Below, piece after piece: positions 38,961 through 51,060 of a stretch of DNA of 64,000 nucleotides. Both the position numbers and the translations under genes were made by a program. The notes beneath the pieces were generated by a model. That model was not told where the DNA came from, did not search any database, and saw nothing but the letters and a program-made list of their open reading frames with translations. The stretch comes from Hydrolagus affinis (lineage: Eukaryota): contig JAAILG010000374.1 of the NCBI GenBank assembly GCA_012026655.1, positions 1-64,000 of the forward strand, read 5' to 3'. How positions within the stretch are numbered: the first letter of the stretch is position 1; the number at the start of each line of letters is the position of its first letter.

Positions 38961-39339
38961 CAGTAAAAGCTCGTTTATCCAGCACCCAACCAACTGGAAC
39001 GCTCAACCCCAACCGGTATCTCCCAAAACAATTCACCATTCCAACAAACGGATCTCAAACCGGAGCCATCCGGGACACTCATGAGTTTGCTCACTTTGCA
39101 CACTTATTAAACTTAATGAACGCTGGAATTTTTATTTTACTGAGTGTGCTGGAATGCTTTATTGGTAAGTATCCATACAATATTCTGTTATTATTTAGTC
39201 TATTATTAATATGGTATGTTTTAAAATAAAGTTAATTTTCTGTGTAGGATTTTCGGCAACTTAACGCTCAAATATCCAGCATATTAATTAACCGGCACCG
39301 GTCAGGTCCCAAGGGTGCCGGATAAACGAGCTTTTACTG
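38961..39339. mobile_element. Non-autonomous Tc1/mariner (Tigger/pogo-type) MITE
   Basis: 27-bp TIRs CAGTAAAAGCTCGTTTATCC(A/G)GCACCC with one mismatch; TA duplication at 38959-38960 and 39340-39341; no ORF. Confidence 0.92.
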
Positions 39340-41035
39340 TATCATGGTTTCAAGAACTAGCTCCTAGGTGACATGCTTGACAATGGAATGTTGGAATTGA
39401 GCCACCCCTTTGTAGCAGTTTCGAGAGTCTGGTTCCTGAGCCATGTGGGTCAGCAGTGATCCAGGACATTGCTGATGACAGCACAGCCAGCCAGGCTTAT
39501 CGGCAGTACCTGGAAGGGCAGATCAACCACCGGGGGCAAGGAGTTATCACATTCTGCTTCTGTTAAACCTTCAAGCCAAAGCTGGTAGGATGGTCCCAGC
39601 TGGTCAAGCAGTGGGAAAACTTGCCAGATGGCAATCTATTCCAACAATCTATCTCTGGGATTTCCATGTGTAGGTGGGATGCATAGAAATCTCAGCTTGG
39701 TTTGGATATTCTTAAGCATGGTGCTGGGTTTCCACATATGTCAAGACAACCGGCTGACCTAATTTTTTTTAAAAAAAAGGTTTAAACTTTATGGGAGTTA
39801 TTCTACTCTGTTGGTTCAGTGTAAGACATCATTGAATATGAATTTATAATCCAATCATTCTTTGATATCAAGTAGTCCCCTTGATTCAGTCACTCCCATT
39901 ATGATTACTGCTGTGTGTGCATTTTGTTTTACTATTCTGCTGATAACTCAGTTCCTTTACATAAGTGAGAACATTTTCAAAAGTGAATCTCACATCAAAC
40001 CATCCTTAAAACCAACCAGTTAAAAAGAGTTAAAATTCATTATTTTATGATATGATTTATTTTGGCAAGGAAATTAAGGCTATCAGAGGAATAGAAAAAT
40101 TATAATGTTATACTACATGTACTTCAGATACAATTGCTGTCAAGTGTAGTGACTTTTTTATAAACAGACACAGCAGCCATCATCCTAATATCCAACGACT
40201 GATTGATTGAATTGGGTTAGAGCTGGCATTTTGTGGTCAGAAAATACTGAAATCAGCAGTGCAGTGCAGGCAGTGCAATTGCAAGCCTTTCATCTGGAAG
40301 TCTGGAAGCACTTTTCTAAATATGATTGATTGAAGCGCTCTGAGAAGCCATCCGCATGGATGTAAATCGAAGTTGTTGTTGATGAAATGAAATGGATAGT
40401 GTTACATAGGCAAACAACCTGGTTAATGCCAGTACACCTCATCAACAATGAAGGGTAATAAAATTGAGGAAAAATATAAAAATGGTGTGTTCTTGAAACA
40501 CTATTTATGAAACGTTATATTGAATTATTGAAACTTGAAATATAGGCATAATTTGAACCTGAACTTTAAATGTTTGAGAACTTAGGTTGTTTCTACTTTT
40601 CCTCCAGCACCATACAATGATAGAAAAGCATACCAATGGAACTGGCACTTTTATGGGGGATTTTCTTGTTTTGTCTATTAGTCAGCATGACAACAGTGCA
40701 GCTGGAGACAGTTGATACAGGACAGATATTCAACCTTATGGTTGCTGAAAGTACTCTATTGTTATTGCTATTCACAAGTTATGTTTGCTGGATCCTGTTG
40801 CATTTCCTTCAACCCTGGTTCAGCAAGTGACATTAGTTTTCTATTTAAATTTGAATTCTTTATTCCTCAATTGCAATCAGTACAGATAAGCCTATTCTGG
40901 GGCAACACTAGATGTTAGACATGGTGGTTGGAGAAAACTTTAGATGTAACAGATCTGGTGTCAGTTGGTGCAGTACTGGAGCTCAAAGCCCTTACAGACC
41001 AGGAATCAGTCAGTGCAACACTAGAGGACCATACA

Positions 41036-41472
41036 AACAACAACAACAATGAAATTACATTTTTAGAGTGCCTTTCACGTCAGGAGGACGTCCCAAAGCG
41101 CTGAAGAGTCTGGGGTTGGGACCTGAGCATGGGGGAGGGGCAGGGTGATGGGGGAGTGGCAGGGTGTTGGGGGAGGGAGGGAGAGATATGGGAGGGCGGC
41201 AGGAGGCACGATCGAAAAGGAAGGTCTTGAGACCGGCCTTGAAGGAGGCAAGGGTGTAAGCGAGGCGAAGGGTCTGTGGGATGGAATTCCAGAGTATGGG
41301 GGCTGAGAGGCTGAAAGACCGGCAATCAATGGTTGGGCGGGTCAGGCAGGAGATATGGAGCAGACAGAAGCCCACTGAACAGAGTGGGTGGGCAAGTTGA
41401 TAGGGAGTCAGCAGGTCGGTGAGTTAGGAAGGGGCAAGGCCATGAATGGCCTTGAAAGTGAGGATGAGGACC
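41036..41472 (-). mobile_element. L2 LINE 3' fragment
   Basis: Minus strand encodes RSFSLSAPILWNSIPQTLRLAYTLASFKAGLKTFLFDRA; stem-loop and (CAA)n tail. Confidence 0.9.
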
Positions 41473-44400
41473 TAACCATTTATCAGTGACTGACAAACTC
41501 AACCATTTATCAGTGACAGGTGGACCTGAGCTTTCATGCTTTCTACCTTTTTTTCCAGTGATTTGTTTAACCTATGATAGATCAGATTTGATTACTAGGC
41601 TAAGAAGATTTGAGAGTTGAATTTGTATAAGTGAAGTGAATGAAAAAAACGTTAGAAAGACAGAATTGCATATCACTTTGTTACATCAAAATAACTTAAA
41701 GCAGTTCCCAGATAATTACTGTCAATTGTACATTTTCTTTTTATTGGAAAAATATTTCCACTCGAAAGGCTCACTTCATGTATTGATCATATACACTCCA
41801 GGATGCCACCCCACATGAAGGGTGGTATATAATTGCAAGTAGTTGTTGCTGATCAAATAATAGAAGTGATCAATGCTTCCTGCAAACCACTAATCATATA
41901 CTGTAGTCTACCCATCTTCCAATTTATATCTCCAAACCCATCTCATGTGGAGATTAATATTTAAGGCTTGATTTTGCTGAAAGGAAATCACCGGTGGGAT
42001 TTTTGTTTTGCAATTCATTGCTTGTTGACATGTGATCCTTTTTTCACCAACGTTGCCTTTTATTTTTCTTTGTTTTGTAAAGGAATCCGCCACACAGTCC
42101 TATGAACCTACACGTGGTAGTAGAAATGTCTAGTTTTACCTTGCAGCCTAATAACACTTGCGCTTCACAAAGAATTGCCTCTTGGTTGTTTTGCTGTCAG
42201 CAACCAGATTCTCAATCATGTCCTAGGCTCCATTTTTGTCCAATTTGCCTGTAGACTCCTCACTGAATCAATTTTATGCCTGGAATTTATAACTGCCTGA
42301 GGGATTATCTTTCCTTTCAGACTGAAACTTCATGTACTTCCCTCCGCAGCAGGATGTAGAGAGAGAGAATTGAGCTGCTCGCAATATGAACAGCTTGAGA
42401 AGTGCCAAGCTCAAACCAGTTCTCTGAACAAAGTTAGAAATCTTGAAAACCACCAAACTAGGACATAGGGAAAAACAAAATATTTTAGGACCTAATTGTT
42501 TAAAAGTTTTGTTTTCTCCATCTCCTCTTCTCATCACCTTCTGTCCTCTATTGTCATGGCCACAAGAGTGAGCCAATCTGGGATATAAACTTCTCCAATA
42601 CTACAATCAGCACCACTATCTCATGGAAGGCTTGCTCAACAAAACTGGATGGATCTGGGTTCAACAATTTTTACTTTCTATTCCCTAACAAAGAATGTTA
42701 CACTCCATTGAGTGGTTCAGCCATAAACGTAAGGCCGCTGTCTTAGATTAGTTGAGGCTGGGGTAGCTTGAGTCCTGTGGATGGGATGTGGAAGTGGCTG
42801 ATGCAATCACTCAAAGTGTTTGAGACATTTATTGGTTCAAAAGGTCTCATTGTATGTATCACAGAAAATCTGTTGATTATGTGATATCTTTTCTATTATA
42901 TAATTTGTTCATATACATAAATTATCTTAAAATGTATACCAATACAGAATTAATTGCAATTGAACCTCCAGGCATTAATTGCGTATCTTCTGTGTATTTG
43001 AGAAGATTCCTCCCATGGTCAGATTGTAGTTAAGACAGAGCGAGACACGGCACCTGGTCCCTATGTATTCAATTTGCAACCATTGTAATTATATTGCAGG
43101 ATGTCAATCTGTGCCCTGCGATAACTATCACTGTAATCACCTGGCTCTAGTGCAATTCAAATATATGACTCAACCAAATTCATGTTAATCACAACCCAGA
43201 ACATTTGAATCAATTCTGCCTCTCCACCTTTGTAGCAAAGGTGACTTTTCCGAAGCCACGAAAGAGGTTGGACAGTTTTTCAATCTGGGAAACCATACTT
43301 ACTTGAGCGAAGGAAAACCCGACAACAGAAATTGCACTCAATTTCCATACAATTGTTTTTGCCTCTATTTATGTCAATTTGAATAAGTCCCAACAATTTT
43401 ACCTTTACATGATAATGGATGTTGTGGGATTCATTTCAGTTTTTACTTTGACCATTGATCCTTGAGAAAAATTGCAGCTTTCCACTACAAAAGCATTATG
43501 AAGCACTGTAGTCCAAAGTTAGGCAAACAAAATGGTGATTCAGGCATAGGGGACATTTTCCAAATAGGTGCCGGGAATAAAGTTCAGGCAGAATTGGATC
43601 TCTGCTCAGGATTATTTGCACCTGTTATTTCCTATAAATTCACAAATCACTTCCCTCAAACAGGTACACCATGAGACCTTGAGGTTACAGCAAAAGGATC
43701 CTGTAACATTAAATCCTGCTGTCGATAATCTGTGTACAGATTTGGGCATTAGTTGTAGATAGGCACCATAACTATAGAAAGACTAAAATTTTAAATCTCC
43801 TTTTTCAGTGAACACTCACTGCTACAGTGCAGTAACACAGAGAAAGCTCTGCTCTCATCACTACACCATAGCATTGTGGGATTACTGCAACAGAGTCTGC
43901 AGAGGGTACGTGCCATCCACTCAGTTTTCTGCATTGAAACAAGAGGTGAATGTATAGAGGTCTGGTCAAGGAGCAATCTGGGAGAAGGGTGGCTGCAGGC
44001 TGATGTTGTTTGGCTTTCTCTAATTCCATTTACTTCTCTAGCTGTGGTCAATATAGTTGGAAAGTAAGTACTTTAAAGAGCAAAATGCAGGGAATTTAAC
44101 CGCATAACATGTTTCCCTAGAGAGAGGCTGATCGTAATGAGAGAGAAAATTCAAACTGCACGCTTAACACTGCAGGCAGCCCCAGATTAAATAGGACTGA
44201 TCTGGCTCCTGTGGCCAATTAGAATGACAGCGTGATTTCTCCAATGACAAATTGGTATTGATGAAGTCATGTTGGACATGAAGGTGCCTCTGTACTGGCT
44301 GCTTTTCCTATTTTTCAGCATGAAGCAAATCGATTGAATTGCTGCATTTTACTACATAATGAAGTACAGAATTAGAGAAAAAATGTTCTAAAAAATATCG

Positions 44401-44649
44401 AACCTCTTCTTACACATATATTCTAATTCATGGGTGGGAGGAAGATGATAATATTTTAAACAAAACAAAAGGTTACCTTAAATCTATTAGGTGCATCACA
44501 CAAGATGCAAAAATCAATATGCTGACCCTTGTGACCCAATAGTTGTAAATATTAAACAGAACATTCCACAAGGGAACACTACACACTGATCACTATATTA
44601 CACAGAGGAGCAAGAAATACTTAGTGCATCACACAGAGGAGTTATTGCT

Positions 44650-44830
44650 TGATAGGATGTGCACATGGATTCATAACTGGCAAATTAAGTTCGATAGAGA
44701 TAATTGAAACAAACAGCATGTAGGAATTAAGATAGGAGGCACACGTACGGAGTGGATGAGTAGAACTTGCCAAGTCCAGAAGCTGTAAAAGATCTTGGGG
44801 TAACTCATTGCTCATCATCATCAGTACGAA
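44650..44830 (+). mobile_element. Decayed CR1 RT fragment
   Basis: tggattcataactgg (WIHNW), cagcatgtaggaatt (QHVGI) and aaagatcttggggta (KDLGV) resemble CR1 ORF2 motifs. Confidence 0.45.
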
Positions 44831-45302
44831 GTAGCAATATATTCTGTTATACTGAACAATTCTATCCCACATACTGAACAGTGGAGTTGCGCAAGGATTA
44901 ACTAGTAGCCTAATTTTGTTGCCAATAAAGAAAAACACTGTTTTGACACTGTTTCATATGAAATGCACAATCTAACAATGAATGGTGGTTTCCTTTCAAG
45001 ACAATTCTATAATTCGAGATGACAACATTGCACTTTACATTATGTTGATTCTTTTAATCAGCATCCATAGTTCAATTTAAGTAACTGATTAATTTAAAAG
45101 AAAGCGTAGTTCAAATTACATTAATGAAGCGATTCTGAAAATGTTTCTCTGGATATTATACTTGTTGAACATATTTAGCTTTTTCTGAATTCCTAAAGTA
45201 ATATTCCATGCTGTTTGATTTGTTTTTGGCCCCAATTTGGCTGGCTGTACAAACAGTTAAACAATACATATGCTTTATTTAACTTAATTCTGTTTTTATT
45301 GT

Positions 45303-45642
45303 GGAGTCCTGTAGCTCAGTGGTTAGAGCATTCGTCTCGCAAGTGAGAGACCTGGGTTCGATTCCTGGGTAGAGCAAAACACTGGGCAAGTTTCCTTACT
45401 CCACTCTTCTGTTTACCTATCAGTAAGTAGGAATTTGGTTGTTGGTTGATTGGCGGATTGCTTTTTCCGGGAGTAATAATTCCTTTAAAAAATGTTCATT
45501 AAACCCTTGTGGGACACTGCAATTGGCTGCCGCATTTTGCCCCACAAATACAGTCAATTCACTTTACAGTATACTCTGAAGTGCTTTGGGATACCTTGAA
45601 GATGGGATTCGGCGCTATATCAAATGCAAGGATTATTATTAC
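45303..45642 (+). mobile_element. tRNA(Ala)-derived SINE, full length with intact Pol III boxes
   Basis: GGAGTCCTGTAGCTCAGTGGTTAGAGCATTCGTCTCGCAAGTGAGAGACCTGGGTTCGATTCC: consensus A and B boxes, CGC anticodon-like loop, body and L2-like tail. Confidence 0.9.
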
Positions 45643-45899
45643 TCTTGGTATACATACAATGTTAAGAGCGACCAAATCATTCTAAGCACATCTGCAATAG
45701 TTGATGACAGAAGTTAAAGTATAAAAACTTTGGTGAGGGGACAAAAAGATAGTGGTTAAAGCCATGTTGCCTTTGGTATTCATCCAATAGTTTTCTTTTG
45801 AGTAAAGAAGCAATTCATTGATGCATAAGGGGTGAGAGTTATTGTGAAATAAGTGATGATACCCAGGTTTAATAATGACAGTATTAAACTGCATGGTTC

Positions 45900-45999
45900 N
45901 NNNNNNNNNNNNNNNNNNNNNNNNNNNNNNNNNNNNNNNNNNNNNNNNNNNNNNNNNNNNNNNNNNNNNNNNNNNNNNNNNNNNNNNNNNNNNNNNNNN
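45900..45999. other. Assembly gap
   Basis: 100 consecutive N; the true length is unknown. Confidence 1.
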
Positions 46000-46208
46000 T
46001 ACTTTGAACTATATACTTTCAGAAATAAACTGTTTTGATTGGTGAAATAAACTTATTTCCAAAGAAATATAGGGAATGTGACATGTGAAATAAGGACTTT
46101 CGGTTTATTTTATTGTTGAATTCTTATTCTTTACCCTATATTTCTTTGAAAATAAGTTTATTTCACCAATCAAAACAGTTTATTTCTGAAAGTATATAGT
46201 TCAAAGTA
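46000..46208. repeat. Long inverted repeat (75-bp arms, 59-bp spacer)
   Basis: 46000-46074 is the reverse complement of 46134-46208 with one mismatch. Confidence 0.92.
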
Positions 46209-46444
46209 CACTTTGACATGAAAACAATTTTTTTTAATTTTTTATCCCACTTGTCACCTTAAGAGTGGAGTGACATCAGAGTATTTGGCAACAGAGTATT
46301 TAACACTTTATTTGCTGAAATCCAAGGTCAAATATTTAAAGAAATCCATATTTGCCAATTCAGTCAAATGAATTATGAATAAGCAGGAGTTAGAAAGCAT
46401 TGTTAATCATCCTTTGAGTGCTATATGTCCTCTTTCTATGCAAA

Positions 46445-46900
46445 GGAAACAGGTTTGGAGAAGAGCTACAAGAATGACATTAAGTGAAGAAGAAATGCTA
46501 AGTGAGCTAAACCCTTTCTCATTGGTAAAAGACTAACAAAATCCAAGCTTATAAATGCCTCTCTCCATTATAGTTACATTTTCACAAAGTGGAGTGGATA
46601 AGCAGAAGTTCTTTCTGCTGAAAAGATGACATGATTTTAACTTGATTTAAATGTAACAGAAGGATGAACTACTTCAGATTTGTTTAATAAGGGAAATAGC
46701 TTGTCGCCCACCATGGAGAAAGTGGATTGAGGTGAATTATTCAAAAGATGAATGAGGACAGATTATATTCTGGAATCAGCATGGAATTCTGCTCATCGGT
46801 TTGAGGCAAGGAAAACAAGAGATTAAGGTAGTCCAAGAAAGTCCACTAGTTAGGCGGAACCTAGATTCCTAAATGACCTTTTTCTTGTTTTCACCTTATT
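46445..46900 (+). mobile_element. Decayed CR1 LINE 3' end
   Basis: agaagagctacaagaatg (RRATRM), gagctaaaccctttctcattg (ELNPFSL), and a CR1-like terminus aaatgacctttttcttgttttcacctt. Confidence 0.55.
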
Positions 46901-48797
46901 AGATTTGTGTTTATTTAAACTACAAAGGGGGGTAATATTTTTGAAGTCATGCCACTATAATGCTCATTCTGCATTGCTACACAGAGGTAGAATTATCAGA
47001 AAAACATACTATTTTCCCAGGATCGTTTTGCCAGCAGCAAATGAATAATATATATACACTTCAGTAATTCTGGTGAATAACTTTGTATTTTTTAAATGAG
47101 TGTTTGAAATTCTCTCAGTTTTATTCACAGTAATTCTCTCAGGAACTTGACAACATCATTATTAATTAAACTCACAAGTAGCTGTTATAGTTTCTTCAGA
47201 ATCAGCTGTTAAATAAGTATAATTTGATTCCTTTTGCTAGTATTGAACTCCTTCATATCTGTGATTGTGACTAGAGCTTTCTGCAAGGACTTTGTTCAGT
47301 TCATTTATGCTGCTACTTCTTCCATTGTTGCAATACTATTAATGTTAAGCATAACATTTAACTTCTGACTCTTAACTTTATCTTTGATTTGAATTTCTGA
47401 ATGTGCTATCCCGGCAGCATTGTGAGTGCTTGAAAATCATTCACGCAGAGCCGAACCGTTTATAATAGCACAAGCTATAGCAATAATCTTTCAGACAGAA
47501 GTTGGAAGGAAATCAAGTTCGCAGCAAGGTGCTGACTCACACAACTTATCCCTTTCATAATTACTTTGCAACTACACATGTAGGGAATATGTACCAATGC
47601 CGAAATGAAAAAAAAATTACCAATTCAAATAGAGCGGATGAAACCCGGGCACAGCACTTTCTGACAGTTGAATATTCATACATGTCAGCTGGAGTAGAGA
47701 TAATGTGCTAGAGAATGATGCTGTGAGCCGAGGGCTTTCATTTCTTCTGATGTTGCCCATCCATCAGTTGTTTGTACTCCTCTTCATTCTCTATCTCTGA
47801 CAAATTTGAAAAAAAGGGAATAAATATTTCCTTTTTTATATAAGAAAATGTGAGTCAGCTTGTGGCAATCTCTGAGTTAGAAACAATGGACTGTAATTAA
47901 GAGGAAGCAATTAACAACACCGATTAATAAAAGTCATTTTGTGTGCGGAAAAGATTAATGTTCTAGTCATTCTGCTATGATCTGTACATTATTAAACTTA
48001 AAAGCTTCAGGGACGAGCCTATTGAGGCAATTTGTTAAGCAAGTATGAAGCTGCAAGGTCAGGGGAATGAAAGAAAGGGTTAATAATAAAAATAATCAGC
48101 AAAAACATGGACCTGTGTGCAGCATTACAAGGAGGATCAACAGAAAATAGTAACATCTGTGGGATACTGAAGCAAAGAGTATGTTGGTAACTTCTTTATT
48201 TCATTATATTGCATATTCTCATTCATCACCCACTTTCTATATAAGTACTGATTAGAACATTAAATCAGTTATACAGATATGACATTCCCTTGCCGCATCC
48301 ATTGAAGTATATCTTAATCCCTCTTCTGGTCAACCTCCATGGTGCAGTATAGACAATGACAATGTTATCTATCATTGTCTGGCATGTCACCTAATGACAG
48401 CAAAAAAACAGACAGAATCCAACTGTTTAAGATGATGATTTTCAACCACTCAAACTTTGTCTCATCATTTGTCACATTATCCCAACTCTTTGATATACTT
48501 GTGCCTTGTATCAGTTGCCAGCAGATATGTATTTTGTCCATCACAGATACTGTCGGCACTCTTCCTTGAGACCTACATAACAAATCTCTGTTCGTAACCA
48601 CCATATACTTAAAACAGCACACAATAATTAATTCTAACAATGATGCACACACACATTCAAATATCTAAAACTAAGCTAATCGTCAAGTATGTGATAAACC
48701 GTTTTTCAATGGAAGGTCACTACAATTGTTTGCAATCAAGTTATGCTGCCAGTCATCATTGAATAATATTTATTAACCATCTTGAAATTCCTTGCAG

Positions 48798-48993
48798 GTC
48801 CTTCCAAGACCTGGCAAAACAATCTGAGTTATTGTATGGTACAGTAAAAGACTCATCCGTCTACGAGTACTTTCAAGCCAAGGGAACAAACCCGTTGGAA
48901 CAGGATGGCACTTATGCTGAACTCTGGAGAACTATCAGCAAAAACAACGGAATGGAAAACTGTGTATCCAGTGCCCCTGAAGGAATTAAGAAG
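48798..48993 (+). CDS. GRID1: GRID1 coding exon (exon 13 equivalent), ligand-binding domain S2
   Basis: ccttgcAG acceptor, AAG|gtattc donor; 196 nt, phase 2/0; (R)[65 protein letters not shown]. Confidence 0.97.
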
Positions 48994-49951
48994 GTATTCA
49001 CTTACTTTAAAGGAAAATCAACCAAGGTCTTTTTAAAAAGAAAAATAACAGTGTCTTCAAGAAATCAATCTGGGACCTTATTTTTAATTTGTAAGCACGG
49101 GGGTAATGGCAATTGATCCTATGAGAAAAAAACAGATTAATATCACAACTTGAAACTTCAAATGACATGCACCTTGGTTTTTGTGACTAATTGAAACAAG
49201 AATGCTAAAATGCCAAGTAATCCTGTTGATGATTTATCACACAAACCTGCCTGTGATACAACATCAAAGTTTGTGTGATTGAGGTTAAAGTGCTAAAACA
49301 AGTCAACAACAGATGAGTTTGCGAGAGTATACCTCCATCCAAATAGATCTGTGTCTTTGATTTTTGTGTGGCTTCCTAGAGCACAAGTGGTGATTGGTAC
49401 CATCTAGTATATGTTAGAGTTAGGAGAGCCTGTAGTACTGTACTTCTAAACATGGTTTATGACAGATCAGTCAGTCTGCCTCATCAGTAGGCCATAGATG
49501 GGTAGACCAGTCACTGAGGCCAGGGTAACTCTATATGAACAGCCCAATGAGTAGGGTTGACCTCGCTGGGTAAGTACTGGGAATGTAGAGAAGATAGTGC
49601 TATTAAATTCCTCAATAGATTTTAATACAATTTATTAACACTTAACCATCTTACATTTCATAGTTTACCTCAGAATTATGTATAGCCCAAAGTTCTAAAG
49701 TTCTGCTTATTCCATTTAATAAAGGAAGAGCACTTTTGAATGGCATAAAAGTAATTGCTAAATGGTCAGTTCTTCCCCAGGAGATTCTTTTCTCTCGCTA
49801 ATCCATCATTGTTAAAAGAATGTTAAAAGAATGTAAATGTCACATTAAATACAAGAATAAAACATTTGGGATTTCAATAGCCATGAGTTAAAAGCCAAAA
49901 TGAGATTGGAAGAACTTCGGAGTCTCGTTTTTCAGCAGTTTCAATAATATG

Positions 49952-50075
49952 ATAATAATAATAAGCATTGCATTTGATATAGTGCTCTTCACATCTTCTA
50001 GACGTCTCAAAGCGGTTCACAGAATATACTGTAAATTGAATTGACTTTATTTGTGGGCGAAATGCATCAGCCAAT
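49952..50075 (-). mobile_element. SINE 3' fragment
   Basis: ttgcatttgatatagtgctcttcacatcttctagacgtctcaaagcggttcacagaatatactgtaaa...tgtgggcgaaatgcatcagccaat. Confidence 0.85.
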
Positions 50076-50394
50076 CCCACACAGTAGTCTCTCATAAACA
50101 ATTAATTTAATATAAATTAATGTTAAATTAAAGCTAACTTTTTCTCAGTTAGTACTGTAGTTAGCCTCACAAGGTTTTTCCAGTTACTTGTGTTCCTACT
50201 GCAAAGTTTGCTAGAAATGGTATTGTTGTGCTTTTACAAACAACTCTGCATATGACATGGTACATGACACCAACCCCAAAGCAGTGGGAATTCACAGAAC
50301 ATTAGAAAGTTGATTTATATCTTCCACAATCTCTAGCTCATCTTGGACTCCCTTTCCCTATATCCACTCCTACACAAAGCTCCACCATCTGGTC

Positions 50395-50520
50395 CAGTAT
50401 CCCGATCTTTGCCGGGCCGCATGTCTCATTGTAGATCAACTTCAAGATCCTCCTGCCAACCTACAAATCCCTCCATGCCCTTTCCCACAAACTCTACAAA
50501 CTCATCCAACCGTGCTACCT
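50395..50520 (+). mobile_element. Old L2 ORF2 fragment
   Basis: atcaacttcaagatcctcctgccaacctacaaatccctccatgcc reads INFKILLPTYKSLHA. Confidence 0.55.
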
Positions 50521-51060
50521 AATGAATAGAAGTGCAGTTACTCAGCCTTTTATTCCAGTTAAATTCTTTATTGCAGTATCCAATATGTCTGGTATATCCT
50601 TCCTCAGATTAGGTTGCCAAAGCTTCAGTTTGAATCCTGAAATTGGGGTATTAATTCATTGAATTATGTTTTTAAATAAATGCCAGCAATTCAAAATGAT
50701 CTAATTAAACACTGGAGATTCAGTGTGAACTTTGTTCATGTTAAAAATAATTGCATTAGTCCCTTTGAACAACATTAATTTAGAAGACCTTGCTTGATAA
50801 ATTTGCAGCCTATTTACAGCCACCAATAGAAAACAAGAAAGGTAATTTGACAGAATTAGAGAACCTAAATTTTGAAACAATCATTAAGAATTTAAAGATA
50901 TTAATTTCCCTGCAATTAAAGATTTCTAAATCCCCATCTAGAAGATTGTCAGGTACAAATTGGTACAATGTATTAAAAGCTAATGATATACTTTTTTTCT
51001 CCATGCTGCCAGAAACTGATGCATTAATAATTGTCTTCATATTCTTTCTTGTCTATGTAG

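Noticed and set aside
45303-45375. tRNA gene (also at 1680, 8849, 21345, 26070)
   Set aside because: No acceptor-stem pairing, and each head continues into the same SINE body and L2-like tail; these are SINE heads.
48365-48652. Independent 95-aa antisense gene
   Set aside because: No splice or homology support; at most a very decayed LINE RT remnant.
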